From a virus (taxonomy: Duplodnaviria; Caudoviricetes): DNA of 64,000 bases. Location: IMG/VR virus record IMGVR_UViG_3300045000_000081, positions 3,736-67,735 of that record. One strand, written 5' to 3'. Positions within the stretch are counted from its first letter, which is position 1; each line of letters opens with the position of its first letter. This document shows, one piece after another, positions 42,535 to 52,600 of the stretch. Below the pieces are notes generated by a model, which worked only from the letters and a program-made list of their open reading frames with translations, did not search any database and had not been told where the DNA came from. The position numbers and the translations under genes were made by a program.

Positions 42535-43803
42535 ATGGCAGGTCAATGCCTTACCCCAGCTACCCTCTCAGATATTGCGCGCAAAGATACCTCGCGTCTC
42601 ACCGGCACCATCGCTAAAGCGTTGGCAGCTAATTCTCCATTCATCAATCTCATCGGTGGCGGAACTTTTCCGTCAGGAGTAAGCGACGAAATTAGAACTT
42701 CGGTTCAAATGCAAGCGGCTCCGGGAGACTCACTTGCGTTGCCTACCTTCGTCTGTGACACGGAACTTTGCGGCACCGTCGGTCTTCAAGACCTCACGGA
42801 CGAAGTCGATTTCACCGCTCGTCTTGAATCGAAGCGCGGCTTCGGTCCTCGCGTCTGCGTGAAGAAAGGCTATGCGGCTTTCAAATCGAGCTACCTCGCG
42901 GCTGAGGATTCGATGAAAAAGCTCGTGACTCAGTATGTCAATTCGGACATTCGCGCGCAAATTTACCTGCGCTCGGCCTCGAAGTTCAACGCTACCAAGG
43001 GCTACGACTTTACGTCGCTGTTTACGGGTGGTAACGAAACTGACGTGGGCGTGAAGTTTACTCCGCTGAACCCGACCGGTCCGGTCTCGTTCAAGGCGGT
43101 TCACGCAATCGCGCGTTACATGAAGGAGGCTCTCTTCGCGGAGACCTTCGGCGATGGTTCCAAGGGCATGTTCCGTTTCATTGGCAGCGCCGACATCGTT
43201 GAAAGTTTTCGCGCCGAAACGGGCGTGAAGGAAGTTCTCATCGCGCTGACGACCGGTTCATTCCGGTTTGGCGAAGTGGCTCTGACGGGCTACAGCTTCG
43301 AGGAAAGCCCGGCCTATCGCGGAATTAGTTTCGCGGTTGACCAGCGTCCCTTGCGTGCTTCGGCCATCTCTGGCTCGGGTGTTCCGACCCTTGTGGACCC
43401 CGTGGTCATTGTGACCAATGCGACCAAAAACACGGCGTATGCCAAGGCTAATCCGGCGTGGCTCTCCGCGCCTTATGAGATTGCTTTTCTCGTGGCGGAC
43501 AACTCGTTCAATCGGCTGGTGCCGGAGCGATACGTCGGCGAAGGCAGCTTTAAGTTCGCGCCCCAGCTTCACATGGGAGAACTTGACTGGCACTACATTC
43601 AAGACAACGACTGTAACGTCTTCGGTGACTTCGGTTGGCACAAGTATCAGATTACTCGCGCCTACCAGCCCGTGCGTCCGCAGCATGTTTGTCCCATCAT
43701 CTACAAACGCTGCCAAGCCGACATCGGCCTCGGCGATTGTGATGTGACCTCTCCGTCCAGCTACACGGGAGGCGACCAGTTCGCGACTGTCGGCGTCTGC
43801 TAA
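42535..43803 (+). CDS. major capsid protein
   Basis: 422 aa, own promoter, strong terminator, located after the scaffold. Confidence 0.8.
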   Translation: MAGQCLTPATLSDIARKDTSRLTGTIAKALAANSPFINLIGGGTFPSGVSDEIRTSVQMQAAPGDSLALPTFVCDTELCGTVGLQDLTDEVDFTARLESKRGFGPRVCVKKGYAAFKSSYLAAEDSMKKLVTQYVNSDIRAQIYLRSASKFNATKGYDFTSLFTGGNETDVGVKFTPLNPTGPVSFKAVHAIARYMKEALFAETFGDGSKGMFRFIGSADIVESFRAETGVKEVLIALTTGSFRFGEVALTGYSFEESPAYRGISFAVDQRPLRASAISGSGVPTLVDPVVIVTNATKNTAYAKANPAWLSAPYEIAFLVADNSFNRLVPERYVGEGSFKFAPQLHMGELDWHYIQDNDCNVFGDFGWHKYQITRAYQPVRPQHVCPIIYKRCQADIGLGDCDVTSPSSYTGGDQFATVGVC

Positions 43804-43824
43804 TCTCAGCGTCGGTTCGTAGGG

Positions 43825-43862
43825 AAATGGGCTACCGGAAGGACTCCGGTAGCCCATTTTTG
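43825..43862 (+). terminator. intrinsic terminator after the capsid gene
   Basis: 15-bp stem AAATGGGCTACCGGA/TCCGGTAGCCCATTT plus T-run. Confidence 0.85.
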
Positions 43863-43873
43863 AATCGGAAAAT

Positions 43874-44065
43874 ATGGCGTTTGAGACGACAGCCCCGCGG
43901 CGCGGCGATTCTTACAACAATTCGTTGTTTAAGCTTGCCCAGTATTATCACACGGTTTGCCCGGCCTCAGATTCTCAGCCGTTCATTGGCGATTCTGACC
44001 AAGTTCTACTCATTAAAATTCTTCGCGCGGTTAATTCCTGTGGTCCGTTTTTCGGGGGTAATTGA
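43874..44065 (+). CDS. small P-x-x-GDS repeat protein 1
   Basis: Two APxxGDSxxxxLxK repeats. Confidence 0.7.
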   Translation: MAFETTAPRRGDSYNNSLFKLAQYYHTVCPASDSQPFIGDSDQVLLIKILRAVNSCGPFFGGN

Positions 44066-44067
44066 GT

Positions 44068-44325
44068 ATGTTTTCTGACACTCTTCCCAAAGCCAACGAC
44101 TCGGAGAATAATCTGTTCTTCAAATGGGCGCAATTGGTCAACACTGCCGAAGCTTCGGCGGGAGCACCCCGGATTGGCGATTCTGACAATCAGCTTCTTC
44201 AAAAAATTTGCCGTGGGTATAGTGCCAATTGTCCGGCGGCGGACGCGGCCCCCAAGGCCGGAGATTCGGATGAAATCCTTCTCTCCAAAATCCTTAAATG
44301 CACATTTGTATGTCCAGCAGCCTAA
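44068..44325 (+). CDS. small P-x-x-GDS repeat protein 2
   Basis: Three repeats, paralogue of the previous gene. Confidence 0.7.
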   Translation: MFSDTLPKANDSENNLFFKWAQLVNTAEASAGAPRIGDSDNQLLQKICRGYSANCPAADAAPKAGDSDEILLSKILKCTFVCPAA

Positions 44326-44540
44326 AAGAACATCTTCAAGTATCCCTCGCGGCGATTTTTGGTATCGGCTCTCCGGGCATGAATCAAGTGATTGAAGTCG
44401 CGGAACCCGTCCTTAGAATGGCCCTTACGATTGGCCAATTTGGAGTTGCCGTTGTCACAATTCTTTACATCTATCGTAAGTGGAAACAGACGGCGAAGAA
44501 GATTCGTCGTCCCCGGAAGCCCAAAGATGAAACTCCCTAA
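44310..44540 (+). CDS. holin-like small membrane protein
   Basis: Hydrophobic segments and a strongly basic C-tail. Confidence 0.5.
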   Translation: MSSSLKEHLQVSLAAIFGIGSPGMNQVIEVAEPVLRMALTIGQFGVAVVTILYIYRKWKQTAKKIRRPRKPKDETP

Positions 44541-45087
44541 TTTTTTCTTGTTCTTGATGCTCGCAATCCTTACCGGTTGCGGTTCGTTCCCCCTACGACC
44601 GGGTCGCGCACAATTTTCTACCCCCGATGGCGTCTCGGGTTCTGTCCGTCAATCGCAAAATCCTATGTCGGCGACGACTCAGGTGTATAAACGCACGGTC
44701 GAGGAACCGGCTCAACCCGGTCCCCGGGTCACTTCGGAGACCATCGAAACTACTATTGGCCCCGCGCAAAAGGATACCGCACGCGAGATTGGCGCTAAAC
44801 TTTCCTCGCTTCGACCGGTGATTTATGTCGGGATTTTGGTGTTCCTGTTCGGTGCCGCGAGTTTCGTCTATCCCCCGCTCAAGGTGATAACAGGCGGGAG
44901 TATTACCACCAGTGGTGTTATTACCGCTTCGGGGCTTGCCATGATAGTTTTGCCGTCTTTGGTCGTCGGAAATGAGATTTTGATTATGGCGGTTGCTGCC
45001 GGTGCGGCGGCGCTTTGGTTTTTCGCCCACCGACATGGCACTCTCCGCGGAACCGTGGAAGCCCTCAAAGAACAGGTGAAGAAATGA
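44527..45087 (+). CDS. lipoprotein with C-terminal TM helices (lysis- or spanin-like)
   Basis: Lipobox LTGC; three hydrophobic C-terminal segments. Confidence 0.5.
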   Translation: MKLPNFFLFLMLAILTGCGSFPLRPGRAQFSTPDGVSGSVRQSQNPMSATTQVYKRTVEEPAQPGPRVTSETIETTIGPAQKDTAREIGAKLSSLRPVIYVGILVFLFGAASFVYPPLKVITGGSITTSGVITASGLAMIVLPSLVVGNEILIMAVAAGAAALWFFAHRHGTLRGTVEALKEQVKK

Positions 45088-46178
45088 GTTGCGACTCGTG
45101 TGGAGACCGGACGAACGCCTGCCAGTGTGACCCATGCGAAGCCTGTCCAGCGAATAGCGCCGCGGTCGAGACCCTTCCTTCTCAGATTGAGAATTTCACA
45201 GTGCAGTTTTTTGGAGAAGTTACCAAGACTGAGGTCGATGGAGTGGTGACTTGGAATCTGCCGTGCTCACTCGATATTGGTCTTCCCGGAAATCCTCGCG
45301 GAGATGCGGAAGGACTCGCGTGCTATTTCTTGCGACTCTTCTCCGAAGGAATTACCGGACTCGTGGGACCTAAGGGGGACACGGGGGAGCAAGGAGTTGC
45401 GGGTCACAATGCTTATACTGTCACAACGTCCGCGTTTGTGGCCCCGACCGAATCAAATCCGACGGCACAATTTACGATTATCCCGTCTCCGGTGATTTCG
45501 GTCGGCGAGACAATTTTTATTCCGGGCGTAGGTTGGTTGACCATTTCACAAGTTTTTCAGGGAACAACGGTTTTTGCCTCGCTCATAGAATCAATTCCTT
45601 CACCTGAAACCGTTATACCAGCCGGGACGTTGGTTCTTCCGACGGGTCCTCGCGGTCTCTCTATCAAGGGAGATACCGGAGCGACCGGCTTGACCGGTCC
45701 GCAGGGTGCTCAGGGTCCCACGGGTCCGACTGGTCCTACGGGGGCGGCGGGTGCGGTTGGTGCGACCGGGGCGACGGCTACGAACAGCAACGCGGAAATC
45801 GTGGGTGGTTCATCGGATTATACGATGACGGCAACCTACGCTAAAGTGGATTTTGGTGCGACAGACTTGGAAGCGACCTTGGCGACGCCCGGAACATATT
45901 TGTTTCTCCTACAGTTGAATGGTTTGAATTCTTCGGGGGCAACCCGTGAATGGGATTTCAAGTTGTTTAATTCGACAACCGGGCTTGATGTGACAAATTC
46001 GGAAAACTATCAGCGCGCAATAGATTCTCCGTTGGTTCAAACTCTATTGTTCTATTCGATAGTTACTACTTCGACGATAAATAATTTGATTCAACTTTAC
46101 GCAAAGTCCAGTGCGGCGACGGCGACTCAGACGGTGGATAGTCTCGGGTCTAAATTGATTTACGTTCGATTGGCGTGA
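45084..46178 (+). CDS. collagen-repeat virion fibre protein
   Basis: Gly-X-Y runs (GPTGPTGPT); Cys-rich N-terminus. Confidence 0.75.
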   Translation: MSCDSCGDRTNACQCDPCEACPANSAAVETLPSQIENFTVQFFGEVTKTEVDGVVTWNLPCSLDIGLPGNPRGDAEGLACYFLRLFSEGITGLVGPKGDTGEQGVAGHNAYTVTTSAFVAPTESNPTAQFTIIPSPVISVGETIFIPGVGWLTISQVFQGTTVFASLIESIPSPETVIPAGTLVLPTGPRGLSIKGDTGATGLTGPQGAQGPTGPTGPTGAAGAVGATGATATNSNAEIVGGSSDYTMTATYAKVDFGATDLEATLATPGTYLFLLQLNGLNSSGATREWDFKLFNSTTGLDVTNSENYQRAIDSPLVQTLLFYSIVTTSTINNLIQLYAKSSAATATQTVDSLGSKLIYVRLA

Positions 46179-46399
46179 GAAGTTTTCCGATAATTAAAGA
46201 CCCCGAGAGAGACCTTTCGTGTGAGGATTGCACTGGTGGTCAGTTGCTACTTCATCGTGTGCCGCGGTCTCCGATTACTCGTCCCATCACGAATCCGGGA
46301 AATGATGAGGTCCTTCAGGATGAAGCGGGGTTTCCGATTCTCGATGAGATTACGGGGAACACGATTTTTGATACATACCCGCACACGCTGGTAAATTGA
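46175..46399 (+). CDS. small virion-associated protein
   Basis: [13 protein letters not shown] motif typical of tail-region peptides. Confidence 0.6.
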   Translation: MRSFPIIKDPERDLSCEDCTGGQLLLHRVPRSPITRPITNPGNDEVLQDEAGFPILDEITGNTIFDTYPHTLVN

Positions 46400-46400
46400 T

Positions 46401-47552
46401 ATGGCCAAGACGACGCAATACGCCGAAGAAACAGAGACGTTGCCTGATGGATTTCTTTTCATGGCGGTTCGTCAGCCCGACGGAAGTTTTCAAACGAAGA
46501 AAATCACGCCAGATAAACTTGGCGCGCAGGGTCCGGTAGGTCCGCAAGGTTTGCCGGGTCCCACGGGTCCGGGGGGTGTGGGTTCAGTGGGTCCTACCGG
46601 TCCGACGGGTCCCGCAGGAGCCGCCGGGTCCAACGGTGCGACGGGGCCAACGGGAGCGACCGGACCGACGGGCGCGTCAGGACCAACCGGTCCGATGGCC
46701 GCGGGATTCAATACCACGGACGGGATGGCGCTGGATACTTTTGAAGATTACACGCCGGGAACAATTTCGTCTTTAGACAAGGGGTCGGGCTGGTCGTCAA
46801 CCCCCGGAGTAGCAACCGGAGGTTCGGCGATTGTCTCCCGAACTGGTATAGATGGACGGGCGTATCAAGCCCTGTTCGTGGCCAGCGGTCAGATAGGGAG
46901 AAAGTTTGGATGGGGGGCCAACTGGAACCGAATCCAGATTTTCATGGCGATACGCATCAACAATTCGTCCACCTTTACTGGTGACGGATACGTGGGAGTT
47001 TGTTCGGGAACGACGAACATGGTTGCGAGTGCTTCTACGGATAACTTTCTCGGATTGCGATGGGAGAATACCTCCCCGAATAACGTCAATTACAACGGCG
47101 GAACCAAGTCTCCATATTACAATCTGGTGACGACCCCGAGGTTCACCACCCGTCGGGCCACTACGAGCACCGACCACGGCAGCGGTTCGGGCGGAACCAC
47201 GAGAACAATCGCCGCGGGCGAGGGATATTTTACATATTATTTCCTCGATATATCCCGGCCATTGTTTGCCACGGCGGCAACTTCGGTGAGTTACGCACAG
47301 GGATTTATCATTGACACGACCGCGAATGTGGAATTCTCAAAGTCAAAATCTACGCTTTTTCAACTGGCCTTGGGAGAAGTGGCTGGAACCGTGGGAAATC
47401 ATACTTCCTTGGCCGCGGTCACTGCGGCAACTCCGACCACGAATAGTTATGCGTTCGATGAATCGGCGGGAGTGTTTGACTCCGTGAACCTTTCATGGCC
47501 CCATTTTTGGGGCTTGGAGATTGGTGCTCTGATGGTTCGCAAAGTAAGTTAA
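46401..47552 (+). CDS. collagen-repeat fibre protein
   Basis: Gly-X-Y run, then a beta-rich Thr/Ser-rich head domain. Confidence 0.78.
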   Translation: MAKTTQYAEETETLPDGFLFMAVRQPDGSFQTKKITPDKLGAQGPVGPQGLPGPTGPGGVGSVGPTGPTGPAGAAGSNGATGPTGATGPTGASGPTGPMAAGFNTTDGMALDTFEDYTPGTISSLDKGSGWSSTPGVATGGSAIVSRTGIDGRAYQALFVASGQIGRKFGWGANWNRIQIFMAIRINNSSTFTGDGYVGVCSGTTNMVASASTDNFLGLRWENTSPNNVNYNGGTKSPYYNLVTTPRFTTRRATTSTDHGSGSGGTTRTIAAGEGYFTYYFLDISRPLFATAATSVSYAQGFIIDTTANVEFSKSKSTLFQLALGEVAGTVGNHTSLAAVTAATPTTNSYAFDESAGVFDSVNLSWPHFWGLEIGALMVRKVS

Positions 47553-47555
47553 TTT

Positions 47556-47912
47556 ATGACTGACAAATATCCTATCGACCTTGGAAAAAAACCTCCGGGC
47601 GACCCGTCCCCTACTGTCACCTCTCTGAGCAAGGAGAAGTATTATCCGTCGCTCCATCTTGAGTGGCCGGATGACTATGACCTTCCAAAGTCCGGGACGA
47701 TGGAAATCACCTTTGTCAAGACGAGTGAGACAAAGACGACTCACAATGGAAAAACCAGCTACAACGTCACGTTGGAAATCAAAACCATTGAAGAGGTAAG
47801 TGATAAATCGGGCGACGAAGAAGACGCGGATGAGGGTGAAACAGATGAATCGACGGGAGACCGGCTCGACAAAATGGCGAAGGACGCCGAAGACCAAGCG
47901 GAAGGAGAATAA
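47556..47912 (+). CDS. acidic hypothetical protein
   Basis: ATG ORF. Confidence 0.7.
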   Translation: MTDKYPIDLGKKPPGDPSPTVTSLSKEKYYPSLHLEWPDDYDLPKSGTMEITFVKTSETKTTHNGKTSYNVTLEIKTIEEVSDKSGDEEDADEGETDESTGDRLDKMAKDAEDQAEGE

Positions 47913-48376
47913 TGTCCCCCCTCCAGCACATTTTTTTAACCTGCCTTCTTGGCCCGGAAGACCCGACAGCTTTTCGTCGCGCCCAAGATGCGGCGAAATC
48001 ACGGGAGAGATGGGCAAAAAATCCTGAGCGACAGAAGGAACATTCTAGGGCGTGGAGGGTTAAAAATCCCGGGAAGGTGCGGGCATGGCTAGAAAAACAT
48101 CGGAGTCGTAATAGAAACTTTCGACTACAGCGGGACTACGGGGTCTCGGCGGGGGGTGTGGAAAAACTGCGGGAAGTCCAAGGAAATTCCTGCGCCATCT
48201 GTTACGAACCCTTTTTGAAGACTCCTCACGTGGACCACAATCATAAAACGGGAGAGGTTCGTGGGTTGCTTTGCCGCGGGTGTAATCTAGCCCTCGGATA
48301 TTTGAAGGATTCTTCCGACCGATGTAAATCTGCGGAACGGTATCTCCGGGAAGGGGGTAATTTTGTTTCTCGCTGA
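47912..48376 (+). CDS. endonuclease VII-family homing endonuclease
   Basis: CAIC, VDHNH...VRGLLCRGCNLALG. Confidence 0.9.
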   Translation: MSPLQHIFLTCLLGPEDPTAFRRAQDAAKSRERWAKNPERQKEHSRAWRVKNPGKVRAWLEKHRSRNRNFRLQRDYGVSAGGVEKLREVQGNSCAICYEPFLKTPHVDHNHKTGEVRGLLCRGCNLALGYLKDSSDRCKSAERYLREGGNFVSR

Positions 48377-49310
48377 GTCGGTGCTTGAAGAAGCGGAAAC
48401 CATATTTGGTTTCAGTCGGAGGGAAAAACTCTTTCGCTGGATTACCGATGCGGTCGAATTGCTTGCTCAAAAAGGCGAGATTGATGCGCTCGTTGGCTGG
48501 GTGGACCTGTGTGTGGACAGCGGCTGCATTACTCTTCCGCGCGAAATAGAGACGGTCCTTGCTTGTAACATCGGGGGACGCCCGGCGCTCGGACACGACC
48601 AACTTTTTTCGTTTCATCTGAACGGTCCCGGTGATTTTAACAAGCGTTGCGACTATACTTGGATGGACGGAGGGAATTTTCCCACGTATCGGGATATTAA
48701 ATGTCCCGCGAAGCTGATTGCCTTTTTAGATTCAGAGGCGGACGCGGGAAAGGTTTTGCGTGTCTTCGGATACGACGACCAGAACCGTCCGCTTCGCACG
48801 TTAGTTAATGGAGTGTGGGAAGACGGGTATCGAGTCCCGACGATTTTTGGATATGCGCTTCCTGAAACGGGAGCGCCCGTTATTTCACGAATCACCGCGA
48901 TTGTGAAAGATGTGACATCTGGCAACATTCGACTTTCGAGCTTCGATAGTTCCACTCTCTCGGGAACTCTTCTCGGGGTATTTGAGCCAGATGAAACGAT
49001 TCCCCAATATCGTCGGTTGAAGGTATCAAACGGATGCTCGTGGGTCCGTCTTCATTTTCGGAAGCGGACTGCCGAGGTGAGAGGCGTCAAGGACCGAATT
49101 CTTTTACACTCACGTCCGGCCCTGATTCTTGCGATGCACGCGCTGAAGTTCTACCGGGACAGCGACCTTGCGAACGGAAACGCCTATGAGGCGAACGCGA
49201 CGAGATTGCTTACTGAGCGCGAGGGTGCATTGACCAGCCCGATTGGTTCACCGATTCAGGTCGAAGATAGGAATTCTATCATGGACAAAAGTGATGCGTG
49301 GGTCGAATGA
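48363..49310 (+). CDS. putative tail adaptor/tubular protein A
   Basis: TTG start; lies before the tail tube B-like gene; call by synteny. Confidence 0.5.
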   Translation: MFLAESVLEEAETIFGFSRREKLFRWITDAVELLAQKGEIDALVGWVDLCVDSGCITLPREIETVLACNIGGRPALGHDQLFSFHLNGPGDFNKRCDYTWMDGGNFPTYRDIKCPAKLIAFLDSEADAGKVLRVFGYDDQNRPLRTLVNGVWEDGYRVPTIFGYALPETGAPVISRITAIVKDVTSGNIRLSSFDSSTLSGTLLGVFEPDETIPQYRRLKVSNGCSWVRLHFRKRTAEVRGVKDRILLHSRPALILAMHALKFYRDSDLANGNAYEANATRLLTEREGALTSPIGSPIQVEDRNSIMDKSDAWVE

Positions 49311-49325
49311 CCCAGAAAGGTAAAT

Positions 49326-49487
49326 ATGGCAAGTGAAGAACAAAATCATGCAGCAGACAGCGGGGCGTTTCGTCAGGAATACGGTCCGTTTGATTATCGT
49401 CCCGAGTGTGACGAAGAGAAGCGCCGACTGGATGCGCTGAAGTCTCACGACCGCGGCGACCAGAATAAGATTTATTTGCAAGAGTAA
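49326..49487 (+). CDS. small hypothetical protein (53 aa)
   Basis: Hand-translated MASEEQNH... Confidence 0.5.
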   Translation: MASEEQNHAADSGAFRQEYGPFDYRPECDEEKRRLDALKSHDRGDQNKIYLQE

Positions 49488-49503
49488 GGTCTGCGAGGGT
49501 GGT

Positions 49504-50130
49504 ATGGCGTTTAATCTTACAGAATATAAAGCTCGACATTATCGAGAAAACCGAGACGAGTATATCCGTCGAGCGAAAGCCTACGCGGCTTCCCACCCAG
49601 AGCAAAGAAAAGCGGCACGAGAAAAATGGGTGCAAAAGAATCCAGTGAAGCAAAAAGAAAGTATCCAACGTTACTGTTTGGAAAATGCGGGGGCTTTGCG
49701 GATAAAATCGGCGGAGCGTCGAAAAAATAATCCGGGAAAATATCGGCTAGCTGCAAAACGATGGCGGGAATTCAATCGAAATCGACTTCAAGAACGACAA
49801 AATCTCCGGCGACAAACCGACCCATATTATCGGCTAGTAGTTAATCTCCGAAGTCGGGTGGGGAAGGCGATGCGACGACGTTCTAAATCAGCACCTACCC
49901 GGGAGCTTTTGGGGATGGATATTCCCGAATTTCATATTTATATTCGTGGACAGTTCCGACCCGGGATGACTTGGGAGAATTATGGTTCTATCTGGCATAT
50001 AGACCATATTCGTCCATGTGCAAGCTTTGATTTGTCCGACCCGGAACAACAAAAAGTTTGCTTTCGGTGGGACAATCTGGAACCCCTTTTTGTGGCTGAG
50101 AATTTGAAAAAGGGAGCTAGACTTTCATGA
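49504..50130 (+). CDS. HNH endonuclease
   Basis: GMTWENYG..WHIDHIRPCASFDL...NLEPL...NLKKG. Confidence 0.88.
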   Translation: MAFNLTEYKARHYRENRDEYIRRAKAYAASHPEQRKAAREKWVQKNPVKQKESIQRYCLENAGALRIKSAERRKNNPGKYRLAAKRWREFNRNRLQERQNLRRQTDPYYRLVVNLRSRVGKAMRRRSKSAPTRELLGMDIPEFHIYIRGQFRPGMTWENYGSIWHIDHIRPCASFDLSDPEQQKVCFRWDNLEPLFVAENLKKGARLS

Positions 50131-52121
50131 CCCCCCGATTGGAAGATTTTGATGTTCGATTTCTGGCGGGGATGGACTCCCTGACAGAACCCGGCACGTT
50201 GGAGCCGGAATTCTACTCTCGAAGTATGAACACGGTGAACCGGGGCGGTGTGCTCCAATGCCGCCCGGGATACCGGTGCAAGTTCGTCGCTCCGTCGGGG
50301 AATCTTCAGGGTGGAATCGTCTATCGTCCCAAGCAAGGGATGGAAGTAATTCTTTTCGCGGTGGACGGTTTACTCTATGCGAGCAACTATCCATTTACGG
50401 AGTATCGCCAGATTTCCGGCGTATCATTCTCCTCGACGGCGCGTCAACTTTTTTTTCAGCAGGCCGAGCAATCGATTCAGCAAAACGATGACGGGTCTCT
50501 CACTCTCATTACTCCGAAAAATATCATTGTTATTCAAGATGGCGGGTTGACGGCTCCGGCGATTTACGATGGGACCTCGGCTCAACATCAACGGGGCGCG
50601 GGGAGGATTCCACTCGGAGGGCCGATGGCGTGGTCGGGAGACCGGCTTTGGGTCGCGCGGGGTTCGTTCCTCTATGCGTCCGACATCTCAAACCCGGTAT
50701 CGTTTACCGAACCCCTATATTTTTCAACGGTAACGGCCTTCGTTCTTCCGGCTCCCATTACGGCTCTAGCCGAAATACCGAACGCACAAATTGCTCAGTT
50801 ACTCGTGTTCACAGAGAGCAACACGTCCCTGCTTCAATCTGGAATTCGTGACCGAACGACGTGGAACTCGGTTCCTAATTTCCAACGGATTCTTTTTCCA
50901 ACATTGGGTTGCATTTCAGAGCGGTCGGTGACGGCACAACGGGGTTTGCTTTATTGGTATTCGACCTTCGGGCTGGCTTCGTTGGATTCGGCGCTTTTTA
51001 CGCTTCAATCATCGGTGCTTCCCTATCGGGATAATGAAATGGCGGATAGTAAATCGCAGTTGTCTCCTGATATGTCGGGGATTGCCACGGCCTTTTTTGA
51101 AAATTATCTGATGGTTAGCGTTCCTTTCGAGGATAAATTCAATCGGCATACGTGGGTGCTAGACGAAGCGCCGATTCAGCGCACAACAGGTCAATCTCAG
51201 CCCGCGTGGAATAGTTTCTGGACAGGAACCCGCCCGGTGCAATGGCTTTACGGTAATTTTAACGGCCAGAATCGTATCTTTCATTTCTCTCGGGACTACG
51301 ATGGAAATAATCGTCTATGGGAAGCGTTCTCCCCGGACCGCATGGACGACGGATGCCCAATTACGTGGTATGTCGAAACGCGCGCTTTTCAGGGTCAACT
51401 CCCGCTTCGGAAAAAGAAATTCCGATATTCAGATATTTTCTTAACCGAATTGTGCGGAGATGTGGATGTCGCGGTATTTTGGGCGGGTGGAAGTCGCGGA
51501 AAATACAAGAAGGTCCTTCAGAAACGGATTCGTGCATCACGCGGTTCCATCCGGTCGGGAGAAATTATCAAAGCCGATACGCTTCTTTACGCGCTCAAAA
51601 AACAAATGCGAACCGTTCGGACACAGGATGCCAAGGAACTTGCGATTGGAGAGACGCAGCGGTCAGATAATGTCGAAGACAGTGCCGTAGAATTCATCGA
51701 CGAGAATTTTCAACTTTTAATTGTGGGGTCGGGTCCGGGGGCGGTTCAGGGTTTGCGGTATTACATGGAACCCCCCGAGGGAGTCCACGGAGCCGTGGGT
51801 CCAAATAAAGAATTGTCGGGTCGTGTGGAACAGGATGAGACAGAGGAAAATTTCGTTCGGTTCGATGGAGCCGCCGCTGAATCGCACGATTTCGAGGATG
51901 CGCTGGCGGCGCTTTCCACCGACATCCCGAAGTTTGTGGCGAATACAAGTATCACGATTACCCAGAGTGGGTTCACCGCGACGGCTACGGGTAATGGGGA
52001 GAGCGTAATTTCCCAGATGAACGCGGACCGAATTGCGCGCGTAACCGCGACCAAAAAGGCCGTGGCAGAACTCCAGTTTATACTTCCCAAGATTGTAAGC
52101 GTCGGACTTTCGCTCGCGTGA
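50127..52121 (+). CDS. tail tubular protein B / stabilisation protein-like
   Basis: 664 aa, beta-propeller-like repeats (GDRLWVARG, LYWYS); podovirus synteny. Confidence 0.65.
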   Translation: MTPRLEDFDVRFLAGMDSLTEPGTLEPEFYSRSMNTVNRGGVLQCRPGYRCKFVAPSGNLQGGIVYRPKQGMEVILFAVDGLLYASNYPFTEYRQISGVSFSSTARQLFFQQAEQSIQQNDDGSLTLITPKNIIVIQDGGLTAPAIYDGTSAQHQRGAGRIPLGGPMAWSGDRLWVARGSFLYASDISNPVSFTEPLYFSTVTAFVLPAPITALAEIPNAQIAQLLVFTESNTSLLQSGIRDRTTWNSVPNFQRILFPTLGCISERSVTAQRGLLYWYSTFGLASLDSALFTLQSSVLPYRDNEMADSKSQLSPDMSGIATAFFENYLMVSVPFEDKFNRHTWVLDEAPIQRTTGQSQPAWNSFWTGTRPVQWLYGNFNGQNRIFHFSRDYDGNNRLWEAFSPDRMDDGCPITWYVETRAFQGQLPLRKKKFRYSDIFLTELCGDVDVAVFWAGGSRGKYKKVLQKRIRASRGSIRSGEIIKADTLLYALKKQMRTVRTQDAKELAIGETQRSDNVEDSAVEFIDENFQLLIVGSGPGAVQGLRYYMEPPEGVHGAVGPNKELSGRVEQDETEENFVRFDGAAAESHDFEDALAALSTDIPKFVANTSITITQSGFTATATGNGESVISQMNADRIARVTATKKAVAELQFILPKIVSVGLSLA

Positions 52122-52125
52122 ATGT

Positions 52126-52542
52126 ATGAAACCATTCAAGAGCCTTCAGGCCATTACGCGCCGGATATTGCGAATCAATTATTTTTCGCCGCTTATCTGC
52201 CAGATTTTCGCATCGTCCTCGGGTTCTGGGTCCGGGGTTGCTGCGACGTTGGAAATTCTTCCTTCCGAACGGCGTTCGGGACCTGAAATGCTGTCCACAG
52301 AGACCCTCAATTCGACGCAAGTCCGATTGGTGTGGACGCAGCGCGATTACATCTATTCGTCTATTGTGTATCGCGCGACCACTCCGTTAGGTCCATTTGT
52401 CACCGTTACGTCCAATGTAATTGATGACCATTTTATCGACACGCCGGGGCCGGGGACCTATTACTACAAAGTAACCGGAATCGAACCCGACTTCGGTGAA
52501 ACTTTTCCCTCGCCGATTGCGGGGCCGGTGACTTTACTGTGA
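52126..52542 (+). CDS. Fn3-like domain virion protein
   Basis: VRLVW, YSSIVYRA, YYYKVTG. Confidence 0.65.
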   Translation: MKPFKSLQAITRRILRINYFSPLICQIFASSSGSGSGVAATLEILPSERRSGPEMLSTETLNSTQVRLVWTQRDYIYSSIVYRATTPLGPFVTVTSNVIDDHFIDTPGPGTYYYKVTGIEPDFGETFPSPIAGPVTLL

Positions 52543-52600
52543 ATACTACTTTTTTATACACCTCGAAAAAGGCAGCTTTCGCTGCTGGAAAGCTAGAAAA

